Positions 1 through 9,512 of a stretch of DNA of 64,000 nt are shown here, one piece after another. Source of the stretch: Nitrospira sp. (lineage in GTDB: Bacteria > Nitrospirota > Nitrospiria > Nitrospirales > Nitrospiraceae); assembly GCA_047150005.1 (NCBI GenBank), contig AP038806.1:448001-512000 (forward strand), in the 5' to 3' direction. Numbering within the stretch: position 1 is the stretch's first letter; each line of letters starts with the position of its first letter. Under the pieces are notes generated by a model that made no database searches, was not told the origin of the DNA, and was given only the letters and a program-made list of their open reading frames with translations. Made by a program: the position numbers and the translations under genes.

Positions 1-230
1 TCCACCAACCCGGTCAACAACAACCCTACCGCCAGCCCGGCCGTCCCTCCGATAATGATGCCGAATGAGAAATTCCGCAGCGCATATTCCCCCGCGACGA
101 TCAACCCTCCGGTGGCGGTCCCGATCACGAACCCATACAGCCAATATGATGCATCAGCCCCGTCAGCCTTTACGAACAGGGCCATTCCGGCCAACGCGCT
201 GAGAAGGACAAATATGGCTCTTGGTACCAT
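1..230 (-). CDS. N-terminal part of a membrane protein, possibly PIN/TRAM-domain (YacL-like); runs off window edge
   Basis: Manual translation from ATG at 230 gives MVPRAIFVLLSALAGMALFV...FSFGIIIGGTAGLAVGLLLTGLV, with three hydrophobic segments. A GGAGG RBS lies upstream. Not in ORF track. Family call is tentative. Confidence 0.6.
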   Translation of the reverse strand, partial: MVPRAIFVLLSALAGMALFVKADGADASYWLYGFVIGTATGGLIVAGEYALRNFSFGIIIGGTAGLAVGLLLTGLV

Positions 231-250
231 ACCCCCACCTCCCCCCTTGT

Positions 251-371
251 AGGCCGTTGAAGAAGTCCGCCGACAGCGCTCCCACCCCGCGCGAAGCTTC
301 TACGTACCCGACACCGTACGCCTCGCCTCCCCGCGTGCTGCGACCCGGTCGGACGGCCTTGCTGAACAGCC
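251..371. repeat. Degenerate intergenic REP/MITE-like element
   Basis: Ends AGGCCGTTGAA...TGAACAGCC are imperfectly inverted. The internal CGTAC-N8-GTACG hairpin followed by CCTCGCCT matches the reverse complement of the core of the 56336-56550 element. Confidence 0.5.
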
Positions 372-403
372 AGCTTTCATGCTCTCTTCGAGCGAACACT
401 CCG

Positions 404-1927
404 CTATGGCTTGAGCGTGAGATAAATCGCCTGCCCCTTCCGCTTGAGCAGCAGCAACACCGATTGATCCTTGGCCAAACCAGACGCCGCACGCTCATAG
501 GACTTGATGGAGTTCACCGCCTTGCGATTGACTTCCAGGATGATGTCCCCTTCCCGCACGCCCGCTTGCTCCGCCGGGGAGTCCGGCTTCACGCGAACCA
601 CCACGAGCCCCCGCTCCGAGGGCTTGAGGCCGTACCGTCCGGCTAGGTCTTCATTCAACTCCCGGACATCGATATCCGAGAGTACCCCGGACGGGGAAGC
701 GGATTCTCCGCCGTCATCTGTCCCCGACTGGCTCATCGATTTCGGCTGTTCGACGATCGTCAGCTCGAGCATCTTGGGCTTCTTGTCGCGGATCAACTTG
801 ACGGTGACTTTCCGCCCGATGGGGGTCTGCGCCACGGCATTGCGCAGATGCGTCGGAGAATCCATCGGCTTGCCGTCGTACTCCACAATCACGTCGGCCC
901 GCTCGAATCCCGCTTTCTTCGCCGGGCTGTCCTCCATGACGTCGCTGACCAGCACACCCTTCGTGTCGCCGATGCCGAACTGTGAAGCCAGCTCCGGTGT
1001 GAGTTCCTGGATCGCGACGCCCAGCCATCCCCGGACGACCTTCCCGCTTCTGAGCAGCTGACCCATGATCGATCGAGACAGATTGCTGGGTACGGCGAAT
1101 CCAATACCCATATTGCCGCCGCTCTGGCTGAAGATCGCCGTGTTGATGCCCACGAGCTCGCCCCGCACGTTGACCAGCGCTCCGCCGGAGTTTCCGGGAT
1201 TGATCGCCGCATCCGTCTGGATGAAGTCTTCGTACTCGGCGATGCCCATGCTGGCCCGTCCCACCGCGCTCACGATGCCCATGGTCACGCTTTGCGTCAG
1301 TCCGAACGGGCTTCCGACCGCCAACACGAATTCACCCACTTCCAGCTGATCTGAATCGGCGAAAGAGACCGCGGGCAATCCGGTCGCTTCGATCTTGACC
1401 ACCGCGATGTCCGTCTTGGCGTCGGTCCCGATCAGCTTGGCTTTGAACTCGCGCTTGTCCGACAGGAACACCCGAATCTCGTCGGCCTTACTGACCACAT
1501 GATTGTTCGTGATGATGACGCCGTTGGGATCCACGATGACGCCCGACCCCTGGCCCCGCTCCTTACGGTCCCGCGGCGGTGTCTCCCGCTTGAAAAACTC
1601 GTCGCCGAAGAATCGGCGGAAAAAGGGATCATCGAACGGCGAGCCGTGAGGTCCGTCACCGGACTTTCCGTTTCGGGTGGCCGCGATGTTGACGACCGCC
1701 GGTTTCACCGTTTTAGCGATCTCGACGAAGTTCTTGGCCCCGGCGCCCGGCATGATCGGTTGCGGCGCCGTGGCGACGGGGCGGACGATCGGATCAGGCA
1801 CGGGCGCGGGATCCGGTCCCGCGCTTCCGCTCGGAAGCCATCCCAAATCGGATGCGATGCCGACACCGATGACGACGCCGACCGCCACCAACACGAACGA
1901 CACCACCCAAGACCGACTCAATTTCAT
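404..1927 (-). CDS. htrA: Do/DegQ/HtrA family periplasmic serine endoprotease with two PDZ domains
   Basis: TNNHVV, DIAVVK and TDAAINPGNSGG catalytic motifs; N-terminal anchor; two PDZ-like domains. Confidence 0.95.
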   Translation of the reverse strand: MKLSRSWVVSFVLVAVGVVIGVGIASDLGWLPSGSAGPDPAPVPDPIVRPVATAPQPIMPGAGAKNFVEIAKTVKPAVVNIAATRNGKSGDGPHGSPFDDPFFRRFFGDEFFKRETPPRDRKERGQGSGVIVDPNGVIITNNHVVSKADEIRVFLSDKREFKAKLIGTDAKTDIAVVKIEATGLPAVSFADSDQLEVGEFVLAVGSPFGLTQSVTMGIVSAVGRASMGIAEYEDFIQTDAAINPGNSGGALVNVRGELVGINTAIFSQSGGNMGIGFAVPSNLSRSIMGQLLRSGKVVRGWLGVAIQELTPELASQFGIGDTKGVLVSDVMEDSPAKKAGFERADVIVEYDGKPMDSPTHLRNAVAQTPIGRKVTVKLIRDKKPKMLELTIVEQPKSMSQSGTDDGGESASPSGVLSDIDVRELNEDLAGRYGLKPSERGLVVVRVKPDSPAEQAGVREGDIILEVNRKAVNSIKSYERAASGLAKDQSVLLLLKRKGQAIYLTLKP

Positions 1928-2065
1928 GCGTGATCCTCGGCGAAATGCGGCGACATCTGGATTGCCATCCTGAGCGCGCTCCGGAACGGGACTTCAGTTG
2001 CCGCGCCCCGCTTCCGTCCCTCGCCTCGGAGCACCTCGTCTGCGGTCGGTTCACTCGATCGGTTG

Positions 2066-2989
2066 CTATCGGATTTCGCCGGCGTAGATGCCCATGATCG
2101 TGTGCAGGAACTTGACCGCATCCGCCTTCGGCCGCTGGAACGAATTCCGCCCGATGATGGAGCCGAACCCGCCGCCTTCACGGATGGCGCGGGCCTCCTC
2201 GAAGACGTTCTGATCCTCCGCCTTCGCTCCGCCGGAGAAAATCACGATCCGGCGTCCGTCGAACGAGCTCTGGATGACGTGCTTCACCCGCTCCGCCAGC
2301 GTCTTGATGGGAATCTGAGTCGACTCATAGACCTTCTTGGCCGCAGCCAGTTCGAGGTGGGCGCTGGGCAATTTCACCTTGATGACATGCGCGCCCAATT
2401 GCGCCGCAATCTGCGCCGCATAGGCCACCACGTCGATCGCCGTCTCTCCTTCCTTGCTGAGCGCGGAGCCGCGGGGATACGACCACACCACCAACGCGAG
2501 GCCGTTATCCTTCGCTTCCTCCCCGATGGCGCGCAGTTGCTCATACATGGCGTTGCAGTGGGTCGATCCCGGATAGATCGTGAAGCCGACGGCCGCGCAT
2601 CCCAGCCGAAGCGCATCTCTCACGCTGCCGGTGACGGAAGGAAGCGGATCCTTGTCGTCGTGCAACACGTCGTGATTGTTCAGCTTCAAAATCAGCGGGA
2701 TCTGGCCGGCGAAATGGCTTGCTCCGGCTTCCAAGAACCCCAACGGGGCCGCGTAGGCATTGCACCCGGCGTCGATGGCCAATTGGAAATGATACAGCGG
2801 ATCATACCCCGCCGCATTCGGCGCAAAGCTCCTGGCCGGGCCGTGCTCGAATCCCTGGTCCACGGGAAGAATGACGAGCTTGCCTGTGCCGCCGAGCTTT
2901 CCGCTCCGGAGGAGGCGCGCGATGTTGGTCTTGGTCCCTGCGTTGTCGCTGCCGTACCAACTCAAAATCTCTTGAACCCTGTCAGCCAT
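2066..2989 (-). CDS. fbaB: Class I fructose-bisphosphate aldolase (FbaB/DhnA type)
   Basis: ILPVDQGFEHGP, VWSYPRG, IKVKLP, FSGG and GSIIGRNSFQR motifs. Start moved to ATG 2989, which has a GGGAGG RBS. Confidence 0.93.
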   Translation of the reverse strand: MADRVQEILSWYGSDNAGTKTNIARLLRSGKLGGTGKLVILPVDQGFEHGPARSFAPNAAGYDPLYHFQLAIDAGCNAYAAPLGFLEAGASHFAGQIPLILKLNNHDVLHDDKDPLPSVTGSVRDALRLGCAAVGFTIYPGSTHCNAMYEQLRAIGEEAKDNGLALVVWSYPRGSALSKEGETAIDVVAYAAQIAAQLGAHVIKVKLPSAHLELAAAKKVYESTQIPIKTLAERVKHVIQSSFDGRRIVIFSGGAKAEDQNVFEEARAIREGGGFGSIIGRNSFQRPKADAVKFLHTIMGIYAGEIR

Positions 2990-3003
2990 GTGTCCCTCCC
3001 AAT

Positions 3004-3135
3004 CAGGCTGTTGAAACAGCCCGTCAACTCGTTCTCTCGTTTCGTATCCCCCCCGGGTACGGCCACAGGAACCGAGCCACGGCCTCGGCAAGCTCGCGGT
3101 GGACACGGACTCCCGCTCCGCGTCCCGTGAAGGCT
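3004..3135. repeat. Degenerate intergenic repeat remnant
   Basis: Begins CAGGCTGTTGAAACAGCC, similar to the 251 element end. Shares AGCCACGGCC with the 56336 element. Confidence 0.3.
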
Positions 3136-3136
3136 C

Positions 3137-4138
3137 TCACGACTTGGCGAAAAAGACTTCCGCCTCTCGCACGTCGTCCCGGCTCCCGATCAGGAGCGGC
3201 ACCCGCTGATGCAGCCGCTCCGGTTCGACGTCGAGAATGCGCTTCGTTCCCGTACTCGCCAGTCCGCCCGCCTGCTCGACGATCAGCGCCAGAGGATTCG
3301 CCTCATACAGCAGCCGGAGCTTCCCTTCCGGCTTCTTGGCTTCCGCGGGGTACAGATAGATACCCCCGTTCAACAGAATACGATGCACGTCGGCGACCAG
3401 GCAGCCTGAATAGCGCCCGGTATAGGGCCGCCCGGTCGTCTTATCGTCCGCCTTCAGATGATCGAAATACCGCTTCGTCCCGTCGGGCCACTTCTGATAG
3501 TTTCCCTCATTCACCGCATAGATCTTGCCGCGAGTCGGGATCGTCATGTTCTCATGCGACAGCAGATACTCGCCGAGTCCCGGATCAAGCGTAAACCCGT
3601 GCACGCCTTTTCCCGTGGCCACGACGAAGATCGTGCTGGGGCCGAAGAGAAGATAGCCGGCCGCCAGCTGGTCCGTGCCCTTTCGCAACAGGTCCCGTTC
3701 TCCCGGTGCCCGGTCGGCCGGCTGATGGGTGACGATGGAAAAAATGGACCCGAGGGGCATGTTGACGTCGGTATTCGAGGAGCCGTCAAGAGGATCGAAC
3801 AGTACCATGTACGGCGCCTGTTGCCCCGGCTTCGACACGATCACCGGCTTTTCCATTTCCTCCGAGGCCAGGGCGCACACGACGTCGCTCCGCTGAAAGA
3901 CCTGCACACAGGTTTTGTTGGCGATTTGATCCAGTTTCTTGACCCCTTCGCCCTGCACGTTCGTGTCCCCGCTCGTGCCGAGCACATCGAGGAGACCGGC
4001 CAGGCGAAGGTCGCGGGACAGGAGCTTGCCCACCAATCCCACGTGCGACAGGAGGGTCGTAAAAAGGGCGCCCCCTCCCGGGACGGTCATGTGGCTCCGA
4101 TTGAAATACTGCTCAAGCGTCAGCGAATGAAGTGCCAT
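3137..4138 (-). CDS. fbp: Class 1 fructose-1,6-bisphosphatase
   Basis: SEE, FDPLDGSSN, RYSGCLVADVHR and GKLRLLYEANP motifs. Confidence 0.95.
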   Translation of the reverse strand: MALHSLTLEQYFNRSHMTVPGGGALFTTLLSHVGLVGKLLSRDLRLAGLLDVLGTSGDTNVQGEGVKKLDQIANKTCVQVFQRSDVVCALASEEMEKPVIVSKPGQQAPYMVLFDPLDGSSNTDVNMPLGSIFSIVTHQPADRAPGERDLLRKGTDQLAAGYLLFGPSTIFVVATGKGVHGFTLDPGLGEYLLSHENMTIPTRGKIYAVNEGNYQKWPDGTKRYFDHLKADDKTTGRPYTGRYSGCLVADVHRILLNGGIYLYPAEAKKPEGKLRLLYEANPLALIVEQAGGLASTGTKRILDVEPERLHQRVPLLIGSRDDVREAEVFFAKS

Positions 4139-4195
4139 GAATGAGCGGGGTCTGAAGGGCCCGCAAACCCTGTCCGAATCGGATGATCGCAGGCA

Positions 4196-4225
4196 ATTAT
4201 AGCCTGTCTGCGACGGGACGAGCAA
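4196..4225 (-). promoter_or_regulatory. Putative sigma70 promoter for fbp-fbaB
   Basis: Minus strand TTGCTC-N18-TATAAT, about 57 nt upstream of the fbp ATG. Confidence 0.5.
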
Positions 4226-4242
4226 TGAAACATGTCACCCCC

Positions 4243-5049
4243 TCATGGGTGAGACGCGCCGCCCGGCAGACCGCTCACCAGGTCGGCCACGATCGAGCCG
4301 ATGATCACTCGAGCCTTCATTCTGAGCGGAATGCGCCGGCCGTCGTTGGTCAGCCACACGCGGATATTGCCCTGATTCAAAAAGATCCCTTGAAACGGCA
4401 TGATCACCAACAAGCGGATCGCCTCCGCCTTTCCCCACGAGCCCTTGATCGTTTCCATGCCCTCCACTCGTACTTCAAGCTTGTAGTTCTTCTTGTCATG
4501 GTGAACGTTGAGCGATTCCGTAGTGCCCGGTGTGAACTGCGGGAGGCTGCGCACGTAGTACAGACAGGAGATCGCGTCGAACGTGTCGGGAGGAATGGCC
4601 AGGGTCTCCGACGCGCCGTCCTTGACCGCAGTCACCGTCCCTTGATCGTGATGGAAGGTGTAGTCGAAATCATTCTTGCGCTTGCCCTCCCGCCGATGGA
4701 AGGTCATGTGTTCCGAGAGAAACGTGTCGGGTCTCACCAGTGATTCCACTCGGTTGTTCACCGGATAGAACATGGTGACCTTCGGGCTGGACTGCGCCGT
4801 CATCATGAGCTTGAGCGGAGCATGCGCGTTGCCGCCCTCTGCAACTTCCAGCACGGCGGTTCCGGCCAGGATGTTGAGCCAAGACAGCTCATAAATCAGC
4901 CGCTCGCCGGTCTGCACGGCTGGCAAGAGCGGGCGTGTCTCCGCACAGGTCGGAACCGACGATCCGAGGAGCGAGGCGAGAAGAGAGGCGGCGAGCATCC
5001 ACCGCACCGGACAACAGGAAACGGTTTTCAGAGAAAAGGATGGGACCAA
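4243..5049 (-). CDS. DUF3108 domain exported protein
   Basis: Signal-like N-terminus; GERLIYELSW; IRVWLTND.RRIPLRMKARVIIGSIVADL C-terminus typical of DUF3108. Start uncertain (TTG 5049 or ATG 4998). Confidence 0.75.
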   Translation of the reverse strand: MVPSFSLKTVSCCPVRWMLAASLLASLLGSSVPTCAETRPLLPAVQTGERLIYELSWLNILAGTAVLEVAEGGNAHAPLKLMMTAQSSPKVTMFYPVNNRVESLVRPDTFLSEHMTFHRREGKRKNDFDYTFHHDQGTVTAVKDGASETLAIPPDTFDAISCLYYVRSLPQFTPGTTESLNVHHDKKNYKLEVRVEGMETIKGSWGKAEAIRLLVIMPFQGIFLNQGNIRVWLTNDGRRIPLRMKARVIIGSIVADLVSGLPGGASHP

Positions 5050-5053
5050 CGAG

Positions 5054-6454
5054 CTATTGTCCCAATGAGTGCTTCGCGTCGGCCAACTCATGCTCGACCG
5101 TGGTCCGGATCGCCTCGAGGCGGGCGGGCGAGGTCGCCTCGAAACGTAAGACCAGCGCCGGCTGCGTGTTGGACGCGCGGATCAACCCCCATCCGTCGTC
5201 GAAAATCGCGCGCACCCCGTCGATCGTGACCAGGTCGCGAAGCGGCAGGCGGTGTTGCCCGATTTCGTGTCGTGTTTTGAGGTAGCCGGCGAAGCGCTCG
5301 TGGACCCGTTTGACCACGTCGAACTTGACCGTATCCGGCATATCGACGCGGATTTCGGGCGTCACCGAGGTCTGCGGAAGGTCCGCCACGAGGGAGGAGA
5401 GAGACCGGGAACTCTTGGACAGGATCTCGATCAGGCGGCAGGACGCATAAATCGCATCGTCATAGCCGAAATAGCGGTCGGCGAAAAACATGTGTCCCGA
5501 CATCTCGCCGGCCAATACGGCCTTTTCGCTCTTCATCTTGGACTTGATCAGCGAATGGCCGGTTTTCCACATGACCGGCCGACCGCCCTGTTTGGCGATA
5601 TCGTCATACAGACTCTGGGAGGCTTTCACCTCCGAGATGATCGTGCTCCCCGGCTTGGAGGCCAGAATGTCGCGCGCATAGACCACAAGCAGTCGGTCTC
5701 CCCACAACACATGCCCTTGCTCGTCGATGGCTCCGATCCGGTCGGCATCGCCGTCGTAGCCGATTCCTACGTCCGCCTGATGCTTCTTGACCGCCTCCAT
5801 CAAATCGTGGAGATTCTCCAGAACCGTCGGATCGGGATGATGATTCGGAAACCGGCCGTCCAAGTCGCAGTAGAGTCCCGTCACGCGGCAACCCAACAAC
5901 TCGAGGGCCTGTTTGGCCACCAGGGCCGCCGCCCCGTTGCCGCAATCGATGACGACGTGCAGCCGTTTGCCGTTCACATCAGTGAAACTCCGCTTGATGT
6001 AGGCGAGATAGTCGGGAATGATCGGATGTTCGGACAACCGACCCTGCCCGGAGACGAACCGGCCGGCCTCCAAGATGCGGCGAAGATCCTGAATCGCCTC
6101 TCCGTGAATGGCCTCCTTGCCGACGCAGATCTTGAACCCGTTGTATTCGGCCGCGTTGTGGCTGCCGGTGATCATGATCCCACCCTCGACCGGCAGTGTG
6201 AACAGCGAGAAATAGACCAATGGGGAGGGACAGACGCCGACGTCTACGACATTCAAGCCGCCGCCGAGCAGCCCCCGCAACAGCGCCTGAAAGAGCCCGG
6301 GAGAGCTCAGCCGGCCGTCACGGCCGACGGAGATCGTCTTCACATCCCGATCCTTGACGTAGGTGGCATAGGCGCGGCCTACCTGTTCGGCGATCGGGTC
6401 GGTCAACTCCTGGCCGACGATGCCCCGCAAATCATACTCTCGAAACAGCCCCAT
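5054..6454 (-). CDS. algC: Phosphomannomutase/phosphoglucomutase
   Basis: FREYDLRG, TGSHN, DGDADR, GEMSGH and RASNTQP motifs. Confidence 0.93.
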   Translation of the reverse strand: MGLFREYDLRGIVGQELTDPIAEQVGRAYATYVKDRDVKTISVGRDGRLSSPGLFQALLRGLLGGGLNVVDVGVCPSPLVYFSLFTLPVEGGIMITGSHNAAEYNGFKICVGKEAIHGEAIQDLRRILEAGRFVSGQGRLSEHPIIPDYLAYIKRSFTDVNGKRLHVVIDCGNGAAALVAKQALELLGCRVTGLYCDLDGRFPNHHPDPTVLENLHDLMEAVKKHQADVGIGYDGDADRIGAIDEQGHVLWGDRLLVVYARDILASKPGSTIISEVKASQSLYDDIAKQGGRPVMWKTGHSLIKSKMKSEKAVLAGEMSGHMFFADRYFGYDDAIYASCRLIEILSKSSRSLSSLVADLPQTSVTPEIRVDMPDTVKFDVVKRVHERFAGYLKTRHEIGQHRLPLRDLVTIDGVRAIFDDGWGLIRASNTQPALVLRFEATSPARLEAIRTTVEHELADAKHSLGQ

Positions 6455-6472
6455 GATGTCTCCTGCTCCGAT

Positions 6473-7924
6473 TCAGCCGTGCGCGGTCCGTCCGTACTCA
6501 TCCTTGAACCGGACGATATCGTCCTCGCCGAGATACGGACCGTTCTGAACTTCGATGATGTGCAGCGTCTCGTGGCCGAAATTCTCGAGGCGGTGGCGCG
6601 TCTCGACCGGAATGGCCGTGCTGTGCCCGACCTGGAGATCAAACACATCGTCGCCCCTGGTCACCCTTGCCGTGCCGGCGATGACCACCCAATGCTCGCT
6701 CCTCCTGTGATGCAGTTGCAGCGACAATCTCCCGCCCGGCTTCACCGTCACCCGCTTCACCTTGTACCCGTCCCCTTCCTCCAGCACGGTATAGGATCCC
6801 CACGGCCGATGGACGGTGACGTGCTCGAGATGCTCGGGAGCGCCCTGCTGCTTGAGGATGTCCACGATCTTCTTCACATCCTGGGCTCGGTCCTTCGGAC
6901 AGACCAGCGTGGCGTCGGGGGTATCGACCACCACCATGTCGGTCAACCCGATGGTCGCCACGATGCGTCGGTCCCCATAGACCACGGACCGTTGGCTGCC
7001 GAGATCAACGACCCGGCCTCCGACGATGTTGCCAGCCTTGTCTTTGGGCGCGACCTCGTCGAGGCTGCCCCAACTCCCGACATCCGACCATTCAAAGGCG
7101 ACCGGCACGACGGCCGACTTGGTGGACCGCTCCATGACCCCAGTGTCGACGGACACCGGAGCCAGTTTCTTGTATTCTTCGTCGATCGCCCCTCTCATCC
7201 CTCCCGCCTGCATCAACTCACGGATCCGTTCGATCCCCTTGAACAGCGCCGGTTGATGGCGCCGGACTTCCTCGAGGATCGTCGCGGCCCGCCAGACGAA
7301 CATGCCGCTGTTCCAGTAGTAATCCTTCGCCTTCACGTACTGCGCCGCCTTGGCGGCGTTGGGCTTTTCCACGAAACGACTCACCGGATGGCCCTTGAGT
7401 TTCCCCTGTTTCGCGACGGTCACCCGTTTATTCGGCTTGATATAGCCATAGCCGGTTTCGGGCCTGGTCGGCTTGACGCCGAACGTCACGAGATACCCCT
7501 GCGCGGCCAGCTCCGCTGCAAGTCCGACCGCGGCGTCGAACTCCTTCTGCCCCTTGACGATGTGATCCGCAGGCACGACCAGCATCACTGCGTCCGGATC
7601 GCGGCGGATCAGTTCCAGCGCGGCCAGGGCGATGGCGGGAGCCGTGTTCCTGCCTTCCGGCTCGAGCACGAAGTTGTCCTTGATCGCGTCCTTCCATTCG
7701 CCGAGCTGAATACGGATCGACTCCGCTTGGGCGGGATTCGTCGAGATCAGGACCTGTTGCGTCGGCGCCGCATGAATCACCCGTCTCATCGTCTGCTGGA
7801 TCAAGGTCTCATCGCCGATGATGCGGAGCAGCTGTTTGGGAAACAGATGCCGGCTCAACGGCCAGAATCTGGTGCCGCTGCCGCCCGCCATGATGACAGG
7901 ATATATCGCCGCTGGATTCTTCAT
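6473..7924 (-). CDS. manC: Mannose-1-phosphate guanylyltransferase / mannose-6-phosphate isomerase
   Basis: MAGGSGTRFWPLSR..PKQ, EPEGRNTAPA and FVEKP motifs, plus C-terminal cupin RPWG...SLQLHHRRSEHW. Confidence 0.95.
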   Translation of the reverse strand: MKNPAAIYPVIMAGGSGTRFWPLSRHLFPKQLLRIIGDETLIQQTMRRVIHAAPTQQVLISTNPAQAESIRIQLGEWKDAIKDNFVLEPEGRNTAPAIALAALELIRRDPDAVMLVVPADHIVKGQKEFDAAVGLAAELAAQGYLVTFGVKPTRPETGYGYIKPNKRVTVAKQGKLKGHPVSRFVEKPNAAKAAQYVKAKDYYWNSGMFVWRAATILEEVRRHQPALFKGIERIRELMQAGGMRGAIDEEYKKLAPVSVDTGVMERSTKSAVVPVAFEWSDVGSWGSLDEVAPKDKAGNIVGGRVVDLGSQRSVVYGDRRIVATIGLTDMVVVDTPDATLVCPKDRAQDVKKIVDILKQQGAPEHLEHVTVHRPWGSYTVLEEGDGYKVKRVTVKPGGRLSLQLHHRRSEHWVVIAGTARVTRGDDVFDLQVGHSTAIPVETRHRLENFGHETLHIIEVQNGPYLGEDDIVRFKDEYGRTAHG

Positions 7925-7928
7925 TCGA

Positions 7929-8480
7929 CTATCCCTCCCCGGAACCGCTGCGCGCATCAAGAATCATATCGATGACTTCCCGAACGGCTCCCTCGCCGCC
8001 CTTCTTGCGACAGACATAATCGACCGCCGCGACCACCTGCCGCGTCCCGTCGAACGGAGCGGCCGAAAAGCCCGCCGCCTTGAGGGCAGCGAGATCGTTG
8101 ATGTCGTCGCCGATGTACGCCACCTGTTCCATCGTCAACCCGTGTCTGGCCGCCATCTCCCGGACCAAGACCAGCTTGTCCATCACGCCCTGATGCACCT
8201 CCGGAATCGCCAGCTTCTCAGCGCGCCTGGCGACCAGCTTGGTGCGTTCCTGAGTCACGATCGCGGTCAGCAGCCCCGCGCGCTGGAGCAGTTTGATTCC
8301 CATCCCATCGCGCGTGTTGAATTTTTTCCACTCGTCTCCCGATTCGGCATAGTACATGCCGCCGTCGGTCAGCACCCCGTCGACGTCGGTCGCAAACAAC
8401 CGAATCCCCTTGAGCTTGCCGGCGAGCCCCTTGCCGGCCGCCTTTTGACCGCCGCGCGCGGCGGCTCGAGATTTGGTCAT
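7929..8480 (-). CDS. kdsC: KdsC/YrbI family HAD phosphatase (KDO 8-phosphate phosphatase-like)
   Basis: DVDGVLTDG, FNTRDGMGI, GDDIND and GGEGAVRE motifs. Confidence 0.85.
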   Translation of the reverse strand: MTKSRAAARGGQKAAGKGLAGKLKGIRLFATDVDGVLTDGGMYYAESGDEWKKFNTRDGMGIKLLQRAGLLTAIVTQERTKLVARRAEKLAIPEVHQGVMDKLVLVREMAARHGLTMEQVAYIGDDINDLAALKAAGFSAAPFDGTRQVVAAVDYVCRKKGGEGAVREVIDMILDARSGSGEG

Positions 8481-8515
8481 TGTTCTGGGCGTCCCTCCTG
8501 GTCACTCACGCCGTC

Positions 8516-8543
8516 ATCATACCGACTCGACGCGACCGTGCAA
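8516..8543 (-). promoter_or_regulatory. Putative internal sigma70 promoter for kdsC-manC-algC
   Basis: Minus strand TTGCAC-N16-TATGAT, followed by AGGAGG and the ATG at 8480. Confidence 0.45.
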
Positions 8544-8582
8544 ACAAAAAATCGTAGCCGGGCCGTGCACCGATGTGCCGCC

Positions 8583-9437
8583 TTACGAATGCACCGCCGA
8601 CCCGGCCGAACGGGTCTGCCTCATGAACCGATTCAGCGCGTCGCGCCAATCGGGCAGCGGCGCCCGCACCAGTTCCAGACGGCCGTATGCCAAGACGCTG
8701 TACGGAGGACGCTTCGCCGGACGCGAGGATTCAGCGGTGGCGATCGGACGGACCACGGCGGCTCCACCCGACAGCCGCACGATCGTGTCGGCGAATTCGT
8801 ACCACGTGCTGCTTCCGCTGTTCGTCACGTGACAGATTCCCGTGAGCCTGCTTGGGATCAGGTCGCATAACGCGTGAGCCAGATCGTCGGCGAACGTCGG
8901 ACATCCCCGCTGGTCGGCCACGACCTCCAGCGTCGGCCGTTCGCCGGCGAGCCGCATGATCGTCTTGACGAAATTCTGCCCGCTCTGTCCGTAGAGCCAG
9001 GCCGTGCGGACGATGAGGCAATTCTCGCAATGTTCGGCGGCCGCCGCTTCCCCTTCCCGCTTCGACCGGCCATACACATTCAGCGGGTTGGTCAGATCTT
9101 CTTCCGTATAAGGCGCGGCCTTGACCCCGTCGAACACGTAGTCCGTCGAAATGTAGATCAGCCTGCTGCCGATCCGCCGCGCCGCACGCGCCACGGCGGT
9201 CGTCCCAGCGATGTTGACCGCCCTGGCTCGGTCCGGTTCTCGTTCCGCTCCATCAACATTGGTATAGGCGGCGGCGTGCACCACGACATCAGGCCGGGCT
9301 TGAACGATCTGCTCCTCGCACGACGGGGCCGTCAGATCGAACTCTGGCAAATCTTTCAGGATCAGCATCTCTTCCTTGAGTGCCTGCTGCAACGCGAAAC
9401 CAAGTTGGCCTTGTGCGCCAGTAATTAAGATACGCAT
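8583..9437 (-). CDS. rfbD: dTDP-4-dehydrorhamnose reductase
   Basis: GAQGQLG, AAAYTNVD, STDYVFDG and YGRSK motifs. Confidence 0.95.
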   Translation of the reverse strand: MRILITGAQGQLGFALQQALKEEMLILKDLPEFDLTAPSCEEQIVQARPDVVVHAAAYTNVDGAEREPDRARAVNIAGTTAVARAARRIGSRLIYISTDYVFDGVKAAPYTEEDLTNPLNVYGRSKREGEAAAAEHCENCLIVRTAWLYGQSGQNFVKTIMRLAGERPTLEVVADQRGCPTFADDLAHALCDLIPSRLTGICHVTNSGSSTWYEFADTIVRLSGGAAVVRPIATAESSRPAKRPPYSVLAYGRLELVRAPLPDWRDALNRFMRQTRSAGSAVHS

Positions 9438-9444
9438 ACTAAGA

Positions 9445-9512
9445 AAGGTTCAGGTTGAGGTTGAGGTTAAGTTCAGTTCAGGAGAGCCATCCTCAACCTC
9501 AGGCTCAACCTT
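9445..9512. repeat. Hexamer-based (GGTT[C/G]A) imperfect inverted repeat
   Basis: AAGGTTCAGGTTGAGGTTGAGG ... CCTCAACCTCAGGCTCAACCTT, 19 of 22 positions complementary. Confidence 0.75.

Noticed and set aside
5252..7975. 907-aa plus-strand ORF, and other long plus-strand ORFs (11434-13431, 59863-61512)
   Set aside because: These are antisense shadows of well-supported minus-strand genes in GC-rich DNA, with no recognisable motifs.
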